Origin: an uncultured delta proteobacterium
GTDB lineage: Bacteria > Myxococcota_A > Polyangia > Fen-1088
Assembly: GCA_963767925.1 (NCBI GenBank)
Contig: CAVYGB010000009.1
Coordinates: 192,001 to 256,000, forward strand
Length of the DNA: 64,000 nucleotides
Reading direction: 5' to 3'
Shown: positions 55,800 through 64,000 of the stretch, in pieces
How positions within the stretch are numbered: the first letter of the stretch is position 1
How the letters are laid out: each line of letters starts with the position of its first letter
The notes under the pieces: generated by a model
What the model was told of the DNA's origin: nothing
The model's input: the letters and a program-made list of their open reading frames with translations, nothing else
The model's database searches: none
Position numbers and translations under genes: made by a program

Positions 55800-56987
55800 A
55801 TGACGACCGACCTCGACAGCCGCGACGACCGCCAATATTTGATGGAGATAACCCGGCGCCCCGACGTCGTGATGGTCGAGGGGCACGGCTCCTGGCTCAC
55901 CGACGCCCGCGGCAAGCGCTACCTGGACTTCATCCAGGGCTGGGCGGTCAACTCCCTGGGTCATTCGCCGCCCGCGATCGCCGAGGCCATCGCCCGCCAG
56001 GCCACCCGCCTGCTGAGCCCCAGCCCGGCCTTCTTCAACGACCGGGCCATCGAGCTGGCCCGGCTGATCGCGGCCCACAGCTTCGGCGAGCGGGTCTTCT
56101 TCACCAACTGCGGGGCCGAGGCCAACGAGGGGGCGATCAAGCTCGCCCGCAAGTGGGGCAGCACGCGCAAGGGCGGCGCCTACCAGATCGTGACCATGGA
56201 GAACGGCTTTCACGGCCGCACCCTGGCGACCATGTCCGCCTCGGGCAAGCCGGCCTGGCGCGACCTCTACGAGCCGAAGGTCCCCGGGTTCGTGAAGGTG
56301 CCGCTCAACGACCTGGCCGCCGTCGAAGCGGCCCTCACCCCCCAGACCGTGGCGGTCATGCTCGAGCCGATCCAGGGAGAGGCGGGCGTGTACGCCGCCA
56401 GCGACGAGTTCCTGCGCGGCCTGCGGGAGCTGACGACCAGCCGCGGCCTGCTGCTGATCTTCGACGAGATCCAGACCGGCATCGGACGCACCGGCAGCCT
56501 GTTCGGCTACCAGCAGACCGGCGTCGTCCCCGACGTGATGACCCTGGGCAAGGGCCTCGGCGGCGGCGTCCCCATCGCCGCGCTGGTCGCCCGGGCGGAC
56601 GTCTGCTGCTTCGAGCCCGGCGACCAGGGCGGCACCTTCAACGGCAACCCGCTGGTCTGCGCCGCCGGCATCGCCGTGCTCACGGAGCTCCTCCGCCCCG
56701 GCTTCCTGGAGGACGTGCGCGCCTCCGGCCAGTACCTGCAAGAGCAGCTCACCGCCCTCTCGGCCCGCCACGCCCAGGGCGCCGTCCGCGGCCGCGGCCT
56801 CCTCCTCGCCCTCGCCCTGCAGGGCATCTCCGCCCCCGCCGTCGCCGAACGCGCCGCCGCCGCCGGCCTCCTGGTCAACGCCCCCCGCGAGGACTCCCTC
56901 CGCTTCGTCCCCGCCCTGAACGTCTCGCGCGGCGAGATCGACGCCTGCCTGTCGATCCTCGACGGCGTCTTTTCATCCCTGCGCTGA
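55800..56987 (+). CDS. argD: Acetylornithine aminotransferase
   Basis: [49 protein letters not shown]. Confidence 0.9.
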   Translation: MTTDLDSRDDRQYLMEITRRPDVVMVEGHGSWLTDARGKRYLDFIQGWAVNSLGHSPPAIAEAIARQATRLLSPSPAFFNDRAIELARLIAAHSFGERVFFTNCGAEANEGAIKLARKWGSTRKGGAYQIVTMENGFHGRTLATMSASGKPAWRDLYEPKVPGFVKVPLNDLAAVEAALTPQTVAVMLEPIQGEAGVYAASDEFLRGLRELTTSRGLLLIFDEIQTGIGRTGSLFGYQQTGVVPDVMTLGKGLGGGVPIAALVARADVCCFEPGDQGGTFNGNPLVCAAGIAVLTELLRPGFLEDVRASGQYLQEQLTALSARHAQGAVRGRGLLLALALQGISAPAVAERAAAAGLLVNAPREDSLRFVPALNVSRGEIDACLSILDGVFSSLR

Positions 56988-57016
56988 GCGCCGCCCGGAG
57001 GAGCGGCCGCGCCGGG

Positions 57017-57640
57017 TCAGCGGGTGCTGCGCAGCCAGGTCTTGATGCACTCGATCTGGTCGGGCGACAGCGCGGGGCCGACCGCGGGCATGCGGTTGCC
57101 GCAGATCCCGGGCGCGTTGGTGATCTTGTCGATCAGGTAGCCGCCGAGGCTGGGCTCGGTCACCACCAGGGTCTGCCTGCGGCAGGTGAGGGCGGTGTAA
57201 GAGAGCCGCGACCGCACGCCGGGCATCGTCACCTCGAAGCTGGTGAGGTTGGAGCCGCGCGTGTTGTGGCAGCTCCCGCAGCGGGGCAAGAGGATGTTGT
57301 TGGGGACGTAGTCCACCGTGTTGCAGGGCGCCCCCAGGGGATTGAACGCTCCGAGACCGGCGTCGACGCGCCCGCCATCGCGGCGGCCAGGCGCATCCCG
57401 GCGCACCGGCGCATCGACGGCGCGTCCCGCGTCCCGCCGCCCCCCATCGAGCCGGCCCCCGGCGTCGAGCCGCCCCGCCACCGCCCCGCCCCCCGAGCCC
57501 GAAGCCCCCGCCACCGCGCCCGGCATCCCTGGAGCTCCCGCAGCGCCGCCAGGCGCCTCGTTCTCCGGAAACCCGAAACAACCACCCAGGATCGTCATCG
57601 CGGCCCATACGCAGGCAAAACCGGCAGCTCGGCGTTTCAC
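57017..57640 (-). CDS. Lipoprotein with monoheme c-type cytochrome domain
   Basis: LGGC lipobox; CGSCH; CGNRMP distal Met; IKTWL. Confidence 0.65.
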   Translation of the reverse strand: MKRRAAGFACVWAAMTILGGCFGFPENEAPGGAAGAPGMPGAVAGASGSGGGAVAGRLDAGGRLDGGRRDAGRAVDAPVRRDAPGRRDGGRVDAGLGAFNPLGAPCNTVDYVPNNILLPRCGSCHNTRGSNLTSFEVTMPGVRSRLSYTALTCRRQTLVVTEPSLGGYLIDKITNAPGICGNRMPAVGPALSPDQIECIKTWLRSTR

Positions 57641-57950
57641 GAGGCCCTCCTGCGCTCCATGTCCTTCGTTCCTGACTGTGTATGTGTCCGGAGCACGTGG
57701 CGACGTTCAACCTTCGCGAGCCGGTCGCATTTCCCCCGCCGCCATGCCAAAACCGCGCAAGAAACGCGCGAAATCGGCGCGAGATCGCGGAATGCCCCTG
57801 AGCGCGGTGCGCCCCACTGTCGCGACATCGGAACGGCCGCTTCGCGCACCGAAGGGGAAAACAGAGGGAACCAATCGCGGGAATGGCCCGAGCGCGGAGG
57901 GTCCATTGTTGCGCGTCGAAACCGCCCTCCGCAGCGAAGGAGAAAGAGCC

Positions 57951-58574
57951 ATGAACCCAATCGGTGACCTCCCGGCGCCCCGGGCCCAGCTCGGAACCCC
58001 GCACGCCGGCCACGCATCGACACCAGCCCGCAGCGGCTGGCGCGCGCTACAAGGCTGGCCCACCCTGGCCGGGATCGCCTTCGGCGCCTTCGTCGCCTAC
58101 GGCCTGTCCCGGGGCAGCGAGCTGGCGCCGGTCCTCGCCGCCTCCGGCCTCGTGTACCTCGCCGCCGCCGCGCTGAGGAAGCCGTCCGCGGCCTGGCCGG
58201 TGTTCTTCGTCTCGGTCGCCATCATCACCGCCGCCAGGTTCGGTTTGACCGGCATCGACGCCACCTGGCTCCTGCTCGCGCTGGCCGGCGTGACCACCGC
58301 CTACGGCCTGATCCGCGGCGCCACCCGGCCAGCGGGAGGCCTGCCCCTCCAGGCGCTGGCCATGGTCGCGTTCGGCGGCGCCGCCGCCCTCGCCCTGATC
58401 ACGAAGGGGCCGGCCGGCGCCTACCTCGTCGCCGCCGGCCTGCTGGCCCACGCCGCCTGGGACGTCCACCACCACCGCATCAACAAGGTGGTCATCCGCT
58501 CGATGGCCGAGTTCTGCGTCGCCCTCGACCTCCTCCTCGCCGCCGCCATCGTCATCGTGACCGCCCGCTCCTGA
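57951..58574 (+). CDS. Hypothetical multi-pass membrane protein
   Basis: AGGAG RBS; hydrophobic; HAAWDVHH...AEFCVALD. Confidence 0.6.
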   Translation: MNPIGDLPAPRAQLGTPHAGHASTPARSGWRALQGWPTLAGIAFGAFVAYGLSRGSELAPVLAASGLVYLAAAALRKPSAAWPVFFVSVAIITAARFGLTGIDATWLLLALAGVTTAYGLIRGATRPAGGLPLQALAMVAFGGAAALALITKGPAGAYLVAAGLLAHAAWDVHHHRINKVVIRSMAEFCVALDLLLAAAIVIVTARS

Positions 58575-59104
58575 TGGCGCCAGCGGCGCGGGTGAACCAT
58601 CGTCGCGAGGCGCGCATCCGGGCGCCGGGTCCGGCGGTGGCCCTCGCGCTCTCCCTGTCCTTCGCCGCGGCCGTGGCGATCGCCTTCCGGGTGGCCTGGA
58701 ACCCGCCGGCTGGTTTCTACGCCTACAACGTCCCCATCGCCGTCCCCTTCGCCGCGTTCTTCCTGGACCGCTGGTCATCGCTTCTCCGCGGTGGCGCTCA
58801 TGAGGTCGCGTCAGCGCGAGGGCAGCGGCAGGCGTTGGCGATCGACGCCGCCATCCTCATCCTGGCCCTGCTCCGGGTGGCAGCCCCCCCGCTCCCATTC
58901 GCCTCCGGCCACACCCTGTTCGCCGCCTACGCCGCCGCCACCTCCCAGAGCTGGGTCCTGCGCGCGACCGCCGCCCTCGTCCTCGCCCACGTCGTCTACC
59001 TGAAGGTTTTCGTCACCGGCGGCTTCTGGTCCATGGCCGCCGGCCTGGCCATCGCCGCAGCCGCCACCCTGCTTCGCCGCCACCTCACCCGCCCCACTTC
59101 GTAG
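58574..59104 (+). CDS. Hypothetical membrane protein
   Basis: TGATG coupling; hydrophobic; SGH motif. Confidence 0.5.
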   Translation: MAPAARVNHRREARIRAPGPAVALALSLSFAAAVAIAFRVAWNPPAGFYAYNVPIAVPFAAFFLDRWSSLLRGGAHEVASARGQRQALAIDAAILILALLRVAAPPLPFASGHTLFAAYAAATSQSWVLRATAALVLAHVVYLKVFVTGGFWSMAAGLAIAAAATLLRRHLTRPTS

Positions 59105-59113
59105 CCGCGAAGC

Positions 59114-59590
59114 TCAGCCCGCAAAAGCGGGTAGGGCAGCGTCCTGCCATTCGTCGAAGTCGCCCGCTGGGAAGATGTGCCCGGCCACGTGCGCGAGGAA
59201 GTGGTCGCGTTCCAGGTCGACGTTGTCGTAGGTGGCATCGGCGCGCGAGAAGAGGCCGCGCAGCCAGTGGCGGTACGAACACCGATAAACGACCACGCCG
59301 CCCTCGCTGACCGTGAACTCGGAGGCTCGCCCCCCCTCGAGCCGCCGAAACGAACAGCTCAGGTCCTTCCGGTCCAGCCGCCAGGCCCGTGAAGCCGCCT
59401 GGAAGACCAGCCCCGCATCCCAGCGATAGAGACAGAAAAACACCTTGCCGTGCTCGCGCGTGCGCTCCGTCGCCCCGAACCCACTGAGGGGCAAGCTAAC
59501 CCCGAGCCGCACCACCCTGCGCGTGTAGCGCCCCGTCTCGCGATCGAACGCGTAGGCCAGCCGCGACGTCTTCCAGGATCCCAGCAACAT
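59114..59590 (-). CDS. Hypothetical protein
   Basis: Protein-like composition; start uncertain. Confidence 0.45.
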   Translation of the reverse strand: MLLGSWKTSRLAYAFDRETGRYTRRVVRLGVSLPLSGFGATERTREHGKVFFCLYRWDAGLVFQAASRAWRLDRKDLSCSFRRLEGGRASEFTVSEGGVVVYRCSYRHWLRGLFSRADATYDNVDLERDHFLAHVAGHIFPAGDFDEWQDAALPAFAG

Positions 59591-59689
59591 GCCCGCCCCG
59601 ATGATACCGTCATTCACAGAACCTCGGGAGGCACCCCCCAGCGGTCGGCGCCGGCCGATGTCCTGGCAGACGAACGGCGTCTTCAATCT

Positions 59690-60210
59690 GGGTGTAGATC
59701 TCATATTTACATGAAATCATTCAGTAATTTGGCGCACGACGTCTCACCCGGTGACAAAATGCCCGCCCGAGCGTGGGCGTAATTGATGGGGCAGAGCCTG
59801 CCGGAGTACTTCGAGGTTGCTCAACAACAAAGCCCTCGGAGGATGCCCCAATGGCAGGTTCTCAAATCTCGGCCTCGGTCGCAAAGTCCTAATCAGCCCT
59901 GGAAGCCCTGCTGGAGTTCGTCGAGGAGCGGCGGCACGCCCGCGGTCCGGTGATGGACCTGGAGGAGTTCGAGCGCCAGGCGCGGCGGCGCTTCATGGCC
60001 GCCGAGGCCGAGTTCGTTGGCGAGGAACTGGCCCGCTTCGACGTCAACGTTCCGGTGGTCCAGATCGACGGCGTTGCGCACCGGCAGGTTCTGCGCTGCA
60101 CGCAGGCGTACATGACGGCCGCGGGGCCGGTGACCGTCGAGCGCTCGCTGTACTCGACCCGGCAAGACGGCGAACGGGCTGTCGCCGCGATGGAGCTGCG
60201 AGGCGGCGTG
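59690..60210 (+). mobile_element. ISKra4-like left end and truncated transposase
   Basis: GGGTGTAGATCTC end-like sequence then AT-rich stretch; DLEEFERQ...YMTAAGPVTVERSLY...MELRGG. Confidence 0.55.
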
Positions 60211-60254
60211 AGGCGACAGGGGCCAGGCCCCCCGCGCCGCACGCGCCAGGCGGC

Positions 60255-60500
60255 ATGAGACCGCGACGAGAGGCTGTCCACGCGTCTCCGGCGTCGCGGA
60301 AGCTTCGACCACCGGGGGGCCGGCGTCTATTCCAGGCGCAAGGTGATCGTCGAGCCCGTCTTCGGGCAGATCACGAAAGGCCCGAGGCTTCAGGCGCTTT
60401 CTTCTACGCGGTCTGACCAAGGCCCGCGGTGAGTCGGTCGCTGATCGCTCTCACCCACAACCTGCTCAAACTCGCTCGACTGACTCCAGCCCGCCGAGGT
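60255..60500 (+). mobile_element. IS1182-family transposase C-terminal remnant, frameshifted
   Basis: YSRRKVIVEPVFGQI / ARGFRRFLLRGLTKARGE / LIALTHNLLKL. Confidence 0.8.
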
Positions 60501-60599
60501 TTGGGCCTGCGTCTCGGCGGCCGACCAGCCCGCTCCGAGAAGCTTCGTCCTTCGGGTTGGGCAAGCCGCGACCGCCCCTTCGCGAGTCGTGGGTCGGGG

Positions 60600-62126
60600 T
60601 CAGGCGAGGAAGAGCTTGTAGGCGCGGTTCTGGCTCTCGTCCCAGTGGCGGTAGCCGAGGGTGGCGAGGAAGCGGCGGAGGGCGGCCTTGTCGCGCGGGG
60701 GCACCTGCAGGCCGACCAGCACCTGGCCGTGGTCGGAGCCCTGGTTGCGGTAGTGGAAGAGGGAGATGTTCCAGTTGGGCGACATGCTGGCGAGAAAGCG
60801 CATCAGCGCCCCGGGGCGCTCGGGAAACTCGAAGCGGTAGAGGTGCTCGTGCGCGGCCAGGGTGGCGCGGCCGCCGACCATGTGGCGCAGGTGCTGCTTG
60901 GCCAGCTCGTCGTCGGTGAGATCCAGGGTGGAGAACCCCGCCTTCTCGAACGAGCGCGCCAGCACCGCGGCGTCTCCGGGGCGGGCGAGCTGGACGCCCA
61001 CGAACACGTGCGCCGCCGTGTTGTCCGCGATGCGGTAGTTGAACTCGGTGACGTTGCGCCGGCCCACCAGGGTGCAGAGCTGGCGGAAGCTGCCCCGCTC
61101 CTCGGGGATGGTCACCGCGAAGACCGCCTCGCGCTTCTCGCCCACCTCGGCGCGCTCGGCCACGAAGCGCAGGCGATCGAAGTTCATGTTCGCCCCGCAG
61201 GTGATGGCGGCGACCGTGCGCCCGGCCAGGGGCGTGCGCTCGGCGTAGGCCTTGGCGCCCGCCACGCCCAGCGCGCCCGCGGGCTCCAGGATCGAACGGG
61301 TCTCCTGGAACACGTCCTTGATCGCCGCGCACAGGGCATCGGTGTCCACCTTCACCACCTCATCGACGTAGCGCCGGCACAGCCGGAAGGTCTCCTTGCC
61401 CACCAGGCGAACCGCGGTCGTGTCGGAGAACAACCCCACCTGGGCCAGCTCCAGGCGCCGGCCCGCCGCCAGCGAGCGGGCCATGGCGTCCGAGTCCACC
61501 GTCTGCACCCCGATGATCTTGACCTCCGGCCGCAACGCCTTGACGTAAGCCCCCACCCCCGAGATCAGCCCGCCGCCGCCGATGGCCACGAAGATCGCGT
61601 GCAGCGGCCCATGCTCCTCGGGATGGTGCTGGCGCAGGATCTCCATCCCCACCGTCCCTTGCCCGGCGATGACGTCGGGATCGTCGAAGGGATGCACGAA
61701 GGTCAGGCGCTGCTTGCGCTGCAGGGTCAGCGCCCGCGCGTGGGCATCGGAGTACGAATCGCCGTGCAGCTCCACCACCGCGCCCAGCGCCCGGACCGCG
61801 TTGATCTTCACCTCGGGCGTGGTCAGCGGCATGACGATGACCGCCCGGCACCCCAGCTTCTGCGCCGCCAGCGCCACCCCCTGCGCGTGGTTCCCCGCAC
61901 TGGCCGCGATCACCCCCCGCCCCCGCGCCGCCGGGCTGAGGTTGATCATCTTGTTGTAAGCCCCCCGCAGCTTGAAGCTGAACACCGGCTGCAGATCCTC
62001 CCGCTTGAGCAGGAGCCTCCCCCCGATCCGCGCCGAGAGCTGCGGCGCCAGCTCGAGCGGCGACTCGATGGCAACATCGTAGACGCGGGCATTCAGGATG
62101 CGACGGAGATAATCGAGAGCAGGCAT
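60600..62126 (-). CDS. ilvA: Threonine ammonia-lyase, biosynthetic
   Basis: KREDLQPVFSFKLRGAYNK, ASAGNHAQGV, GANMNFDRLRF, FEFPERPGAL. Confidence 0.95.
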   Translation of the reverse strand: MPALDYLRRILNARVYDVAIESPLELAPQLSARIGGRLLLKREDLQPVFSFKLRGAYNKMINLSPAARGRGVIAASAGNHAQGVALAAQKLGCRAVIVMPLTTPEVKINAVRALGAVVELHGDSYSDAHARALTLQRKQRLTFVHPFDDPDVIAGQGTVGMEILRQHHPEEHGPLHAIFVAIGGGGLISGVGAYVKALRPEVKIIGVQTVDSDAMARSLAAGRRLELAQVGLFSDTTAVRLVGKETFRLCRRYVDEVVKVDTDALCAAIKDVFQETRSILEPAGALGVAGAKAYAERTPLAGRTVAAITCGANMNFDRLRFVAERAEVGEKREAVFAVTIPEERGSFRQLCTLVGRRNVTEFNYRIADNTAAHVFVGVQLARPGDAAVLARSFEKAGFSTLDLTDDELAKQHLRHMVGGRATLAAHEHLYRFEFPERPGALMRFLASMSPNWNISLFHYRNQGSDHGQVLVGLQVPPRDKAALRRFLATLGYRHWDESQNRAYKLFLA

Positions 62127-62230
62127 GAGGCGAGCCGAAGCAAACGGCGCCCCCACGCTACCACGCCGCGCCGCCCACCCCCCACCTCCGTCGCCGAGGC
62201 GGCCGCCCCGAGCCCCGCCCCGCTCAGGCG

Positions 62231-62400
62231 TCACGACACCTTCCGCCTCCGCTCTCTCTGAATTCTCTCGGCGAGGAAGATCTTCAGGAGCGACTGATAG
62301 GGAACGTCGCGTTTGTTTGCCAGGGCCTTCAGCTCATCCAGCATCGAAACCCGGCAGGCGAAGAGATATGGACTCCGTCGTCGGTCTGAGGTTCGGCAAG
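62231..62400 (-). pseudogene. CopG/BrnA-type antitoxin fragment
   Basis: LPNLRPTTESISLRLP / VSMLDELKALANKRDVPYQSLLKIFLAERI; frameshift near 62351; N-terminus absent. Confidence 0.7.
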
Positions 62401-62442
62401 GTCGGCTGCACAGCCCGATCCCAGGAAGGTCTCCCGGCGAGG

Positions 62443-62706
62443 CTACTCGCGGGGCCGTACCGGTATGCACAGCTCACAACGGACCAGGCCATTCATCGGG
62501 AAGTCCGAGCGTCCTCCTCGGCCCCTGTCGAACGGAATGCGGTCATCGAGCTGAAAGCCACTTCGAGGCAGCCAGTCCTCGAAGAACCTCTGCCACGCGA
62601 CAGGAACCTCGTCCGGCGTACCCACGAAGTCGGTAACAGCATACGTCCCGCCGGGCATGTCTGTGATGCCCATATCCGGATCCACGTCGAGATCGTGAGG
62701 TATCAC
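62443..62706 (-). pseudogene. GyrI-like effector-binding domain fragment
   Basis: MPGGTYAVTDF, WQRFFEDWLPRSGF, ELCIPV. Confidence 0.65.
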
Positions 62707-62740
62707 GATGGCCGCGTCGTAGCGACACAGCGCTGGCTCC

Positions 62741-63180
62741 CTGCCGGAGTCGAACGCGATCCTGTGCTATCTGGCCGAGGGGACGCCGTTCTTCTCGGGC
62801 GACCCCTTCGAGCGCGCGCTGGTCTTGCAGTGGCTCTTCTTCGAGCAGAACCGCATCGAGCCGGTCATCGGGACCGCCCGCTACTGGCTGCTCACGGGCC
62901 GGGCGGCCTCGCGGCGCGAGGCGCTCGCGATAAAACAGGCGCAGGCGGCCGACGCGCTGGCCGTCATGGAGCGGCACCTGCGCGACCGCAGCTTCCTGGT
63001 GAGCCAGCGCTACACCATCGCCGACCTCGCCCTCTATGCGTACACCCACCTGGCGCCCGAAGCCGGCGTCGACCTGGACCCGTACCCCGCCGCGCGCGCC
63101 TGGATGGATTGCGTGCGCGCCCAGCCCGGTCAGGTCGCCGACGTCGCCCCGTATCCGCCCCACGCTCGCTTCACCGGTAG
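62741..63180 (+). pseudogene. Glutathione S-transferase lacking N-terminus
   Basis: LPESNAILCYLAEGTP, LQWLFFEQ, YTIADLALYAYTH; in-frame TAG at 62720. Confidence 0.75.
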
Positions 63181-63220
63181 CGGGCGAGAACGCCGCCCGC
63201 TTCGCGCCCGGCCCCGCCGC

Positions 63221-64000
63221 TCACGGGAGGTCGTGAATCCCGTAGATGTAGTTGGGGACGGTGGCCAGGGGCTTCCAGGCCGACGGGTTGGTCGCATCGT
63301 AGACGGTGGTCTCGGAGAAGTCCGTGGCCACCGTGGTGACGAACGGAATCGAAGCGCCGCCCACCTTCAAGGGGCCGGCGCCGAATAGGGGAGGCCCGGA
63401 CCCACCCCCGGGACGTCGGCGAGAGCCGGCGCCTCGCCCCCCAGCTTCAAGCTGTGGTGCTCCCACCCCGCGGCCCGGTAGGCGGAGTCGACATTCTGGG
63501 CGGTGAGCGGAGCCGCCGACCGGTACACAAGGGTGTACGCGGTGCCGTCCGCCCCGGCCATCAGGGCTCCGACCGGGCGCCCGGCGAGCTCGTACAGGTC
63601 GACGTAGTAGTCGGGATCGAAGCCGTTCGCGCCGGACCGGATGCGCACCATGCAGGGATGGAACTTGGGGTCCCCGCCCAGCCCCGCCTCGTACATGATG
63701 GCGGCCCAGGTGTGGGAGGCGAGGTAGATGTTTCCCGCCGCGTCCCGCGCGGTCCACGACAGATACCCGCAGCGGGACTGCTTGTCGTAGACCACCGTGT
63801 CGTTCGTCGTGTCGATGATGGCGACCTTGGACAGCGGGCTCGGGCTGTCGTCGCTCCGGTCGAAGGCGAACGCCACCACGATGCGGCTGCCGTCGATGTT
63901 CTTGTACCAGGCGTAGGTCGCCTTCATCCCGGGCTCCGCGATCTCGGTCAGGGGAAAGCTCCGGACGATCTCCATCTTCTCGGGATCGATGACGATGACC
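63221..64000 (-). CDS. DUF4374/MxcI-like lipoprotein, 3' part, frameshift near 63380
   Basis: VAIIDTTND, SRCG, GNIYLAS, CMVRIRSGANGFDPDYYVDL; C-terminus continues in the 63221 frame. Confidence 0.55.
   Translation of the reverse strand, partial: GHRHRSREDGDRPELSPDRDRGARDEGDLRLVQEHRRQPHRGGVRLRPERRQPEPAVQGRHHRHDERHGGLRQAVPLRVSVVDRAGRGGKHLPRLPHLGRHHVRGGAGRGPQVPSLHGAHPVRRERLRSRLLRRPVRARRAPGRSPDGRGGRHRVHPCVPVGGSAHRPECRLRLPGRGVGAPQLEAGGRGAGSRRRPGGGSGPPLFGAGPLKVGGASIPFVTTVATDFSETTVYDATNPSAWKPLATVPNYIYGIHDLP

Overview
GC-rich bacterial chromosomal region, most likely Myxococcota. Evidence: a MYXO-CTERM-type sorting signal, a Myxococcus-type LexA box, myxobacterial-style lipoproteins and several sigma54 motifs. 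Contents in order: partial phoU; a surface-anchored deacetylase-like protein; a temptin-like/CxxCH-fused glucose/sorbosone dehydrogenase; an RsbQ-PAS kinase-PilZ/REC set; a Wsp/ACF-type chemosensory cluster with a divergent WspR-like cyclase; and an accessory island. The island holds a translationally coupled three-gene operon (DUF559 nuclease, unknown protein, dual-ATPase AAA+HerA protein) flanked by toxin-antitoxin debris, and is the best candidate for an undescribed defence or DNA-processing system. After it come an FG-GAP/spherulin-4 hydrolase, a Cys-rich thioredoxin/outer-membrane operon, pepE, and a heavily frameshifted dinB with a LexA box. dinB is followed by a palindromic element and an 11-unit ~36-nt hairpin repeat array. 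The rest comprises sugar catabolism genes, a sigma54-preceded peptidase-containing ABC exporter operon without a visible substrate, a large hybrid kinase, argD, IS remnants, ilvA and gene fragments. Several frameshifts look like long-read consensus errors. All family calls are from motif recognition by eye; no searches were run. No rRNA, tRNA or canonical CRISPR-Cas was recognised.
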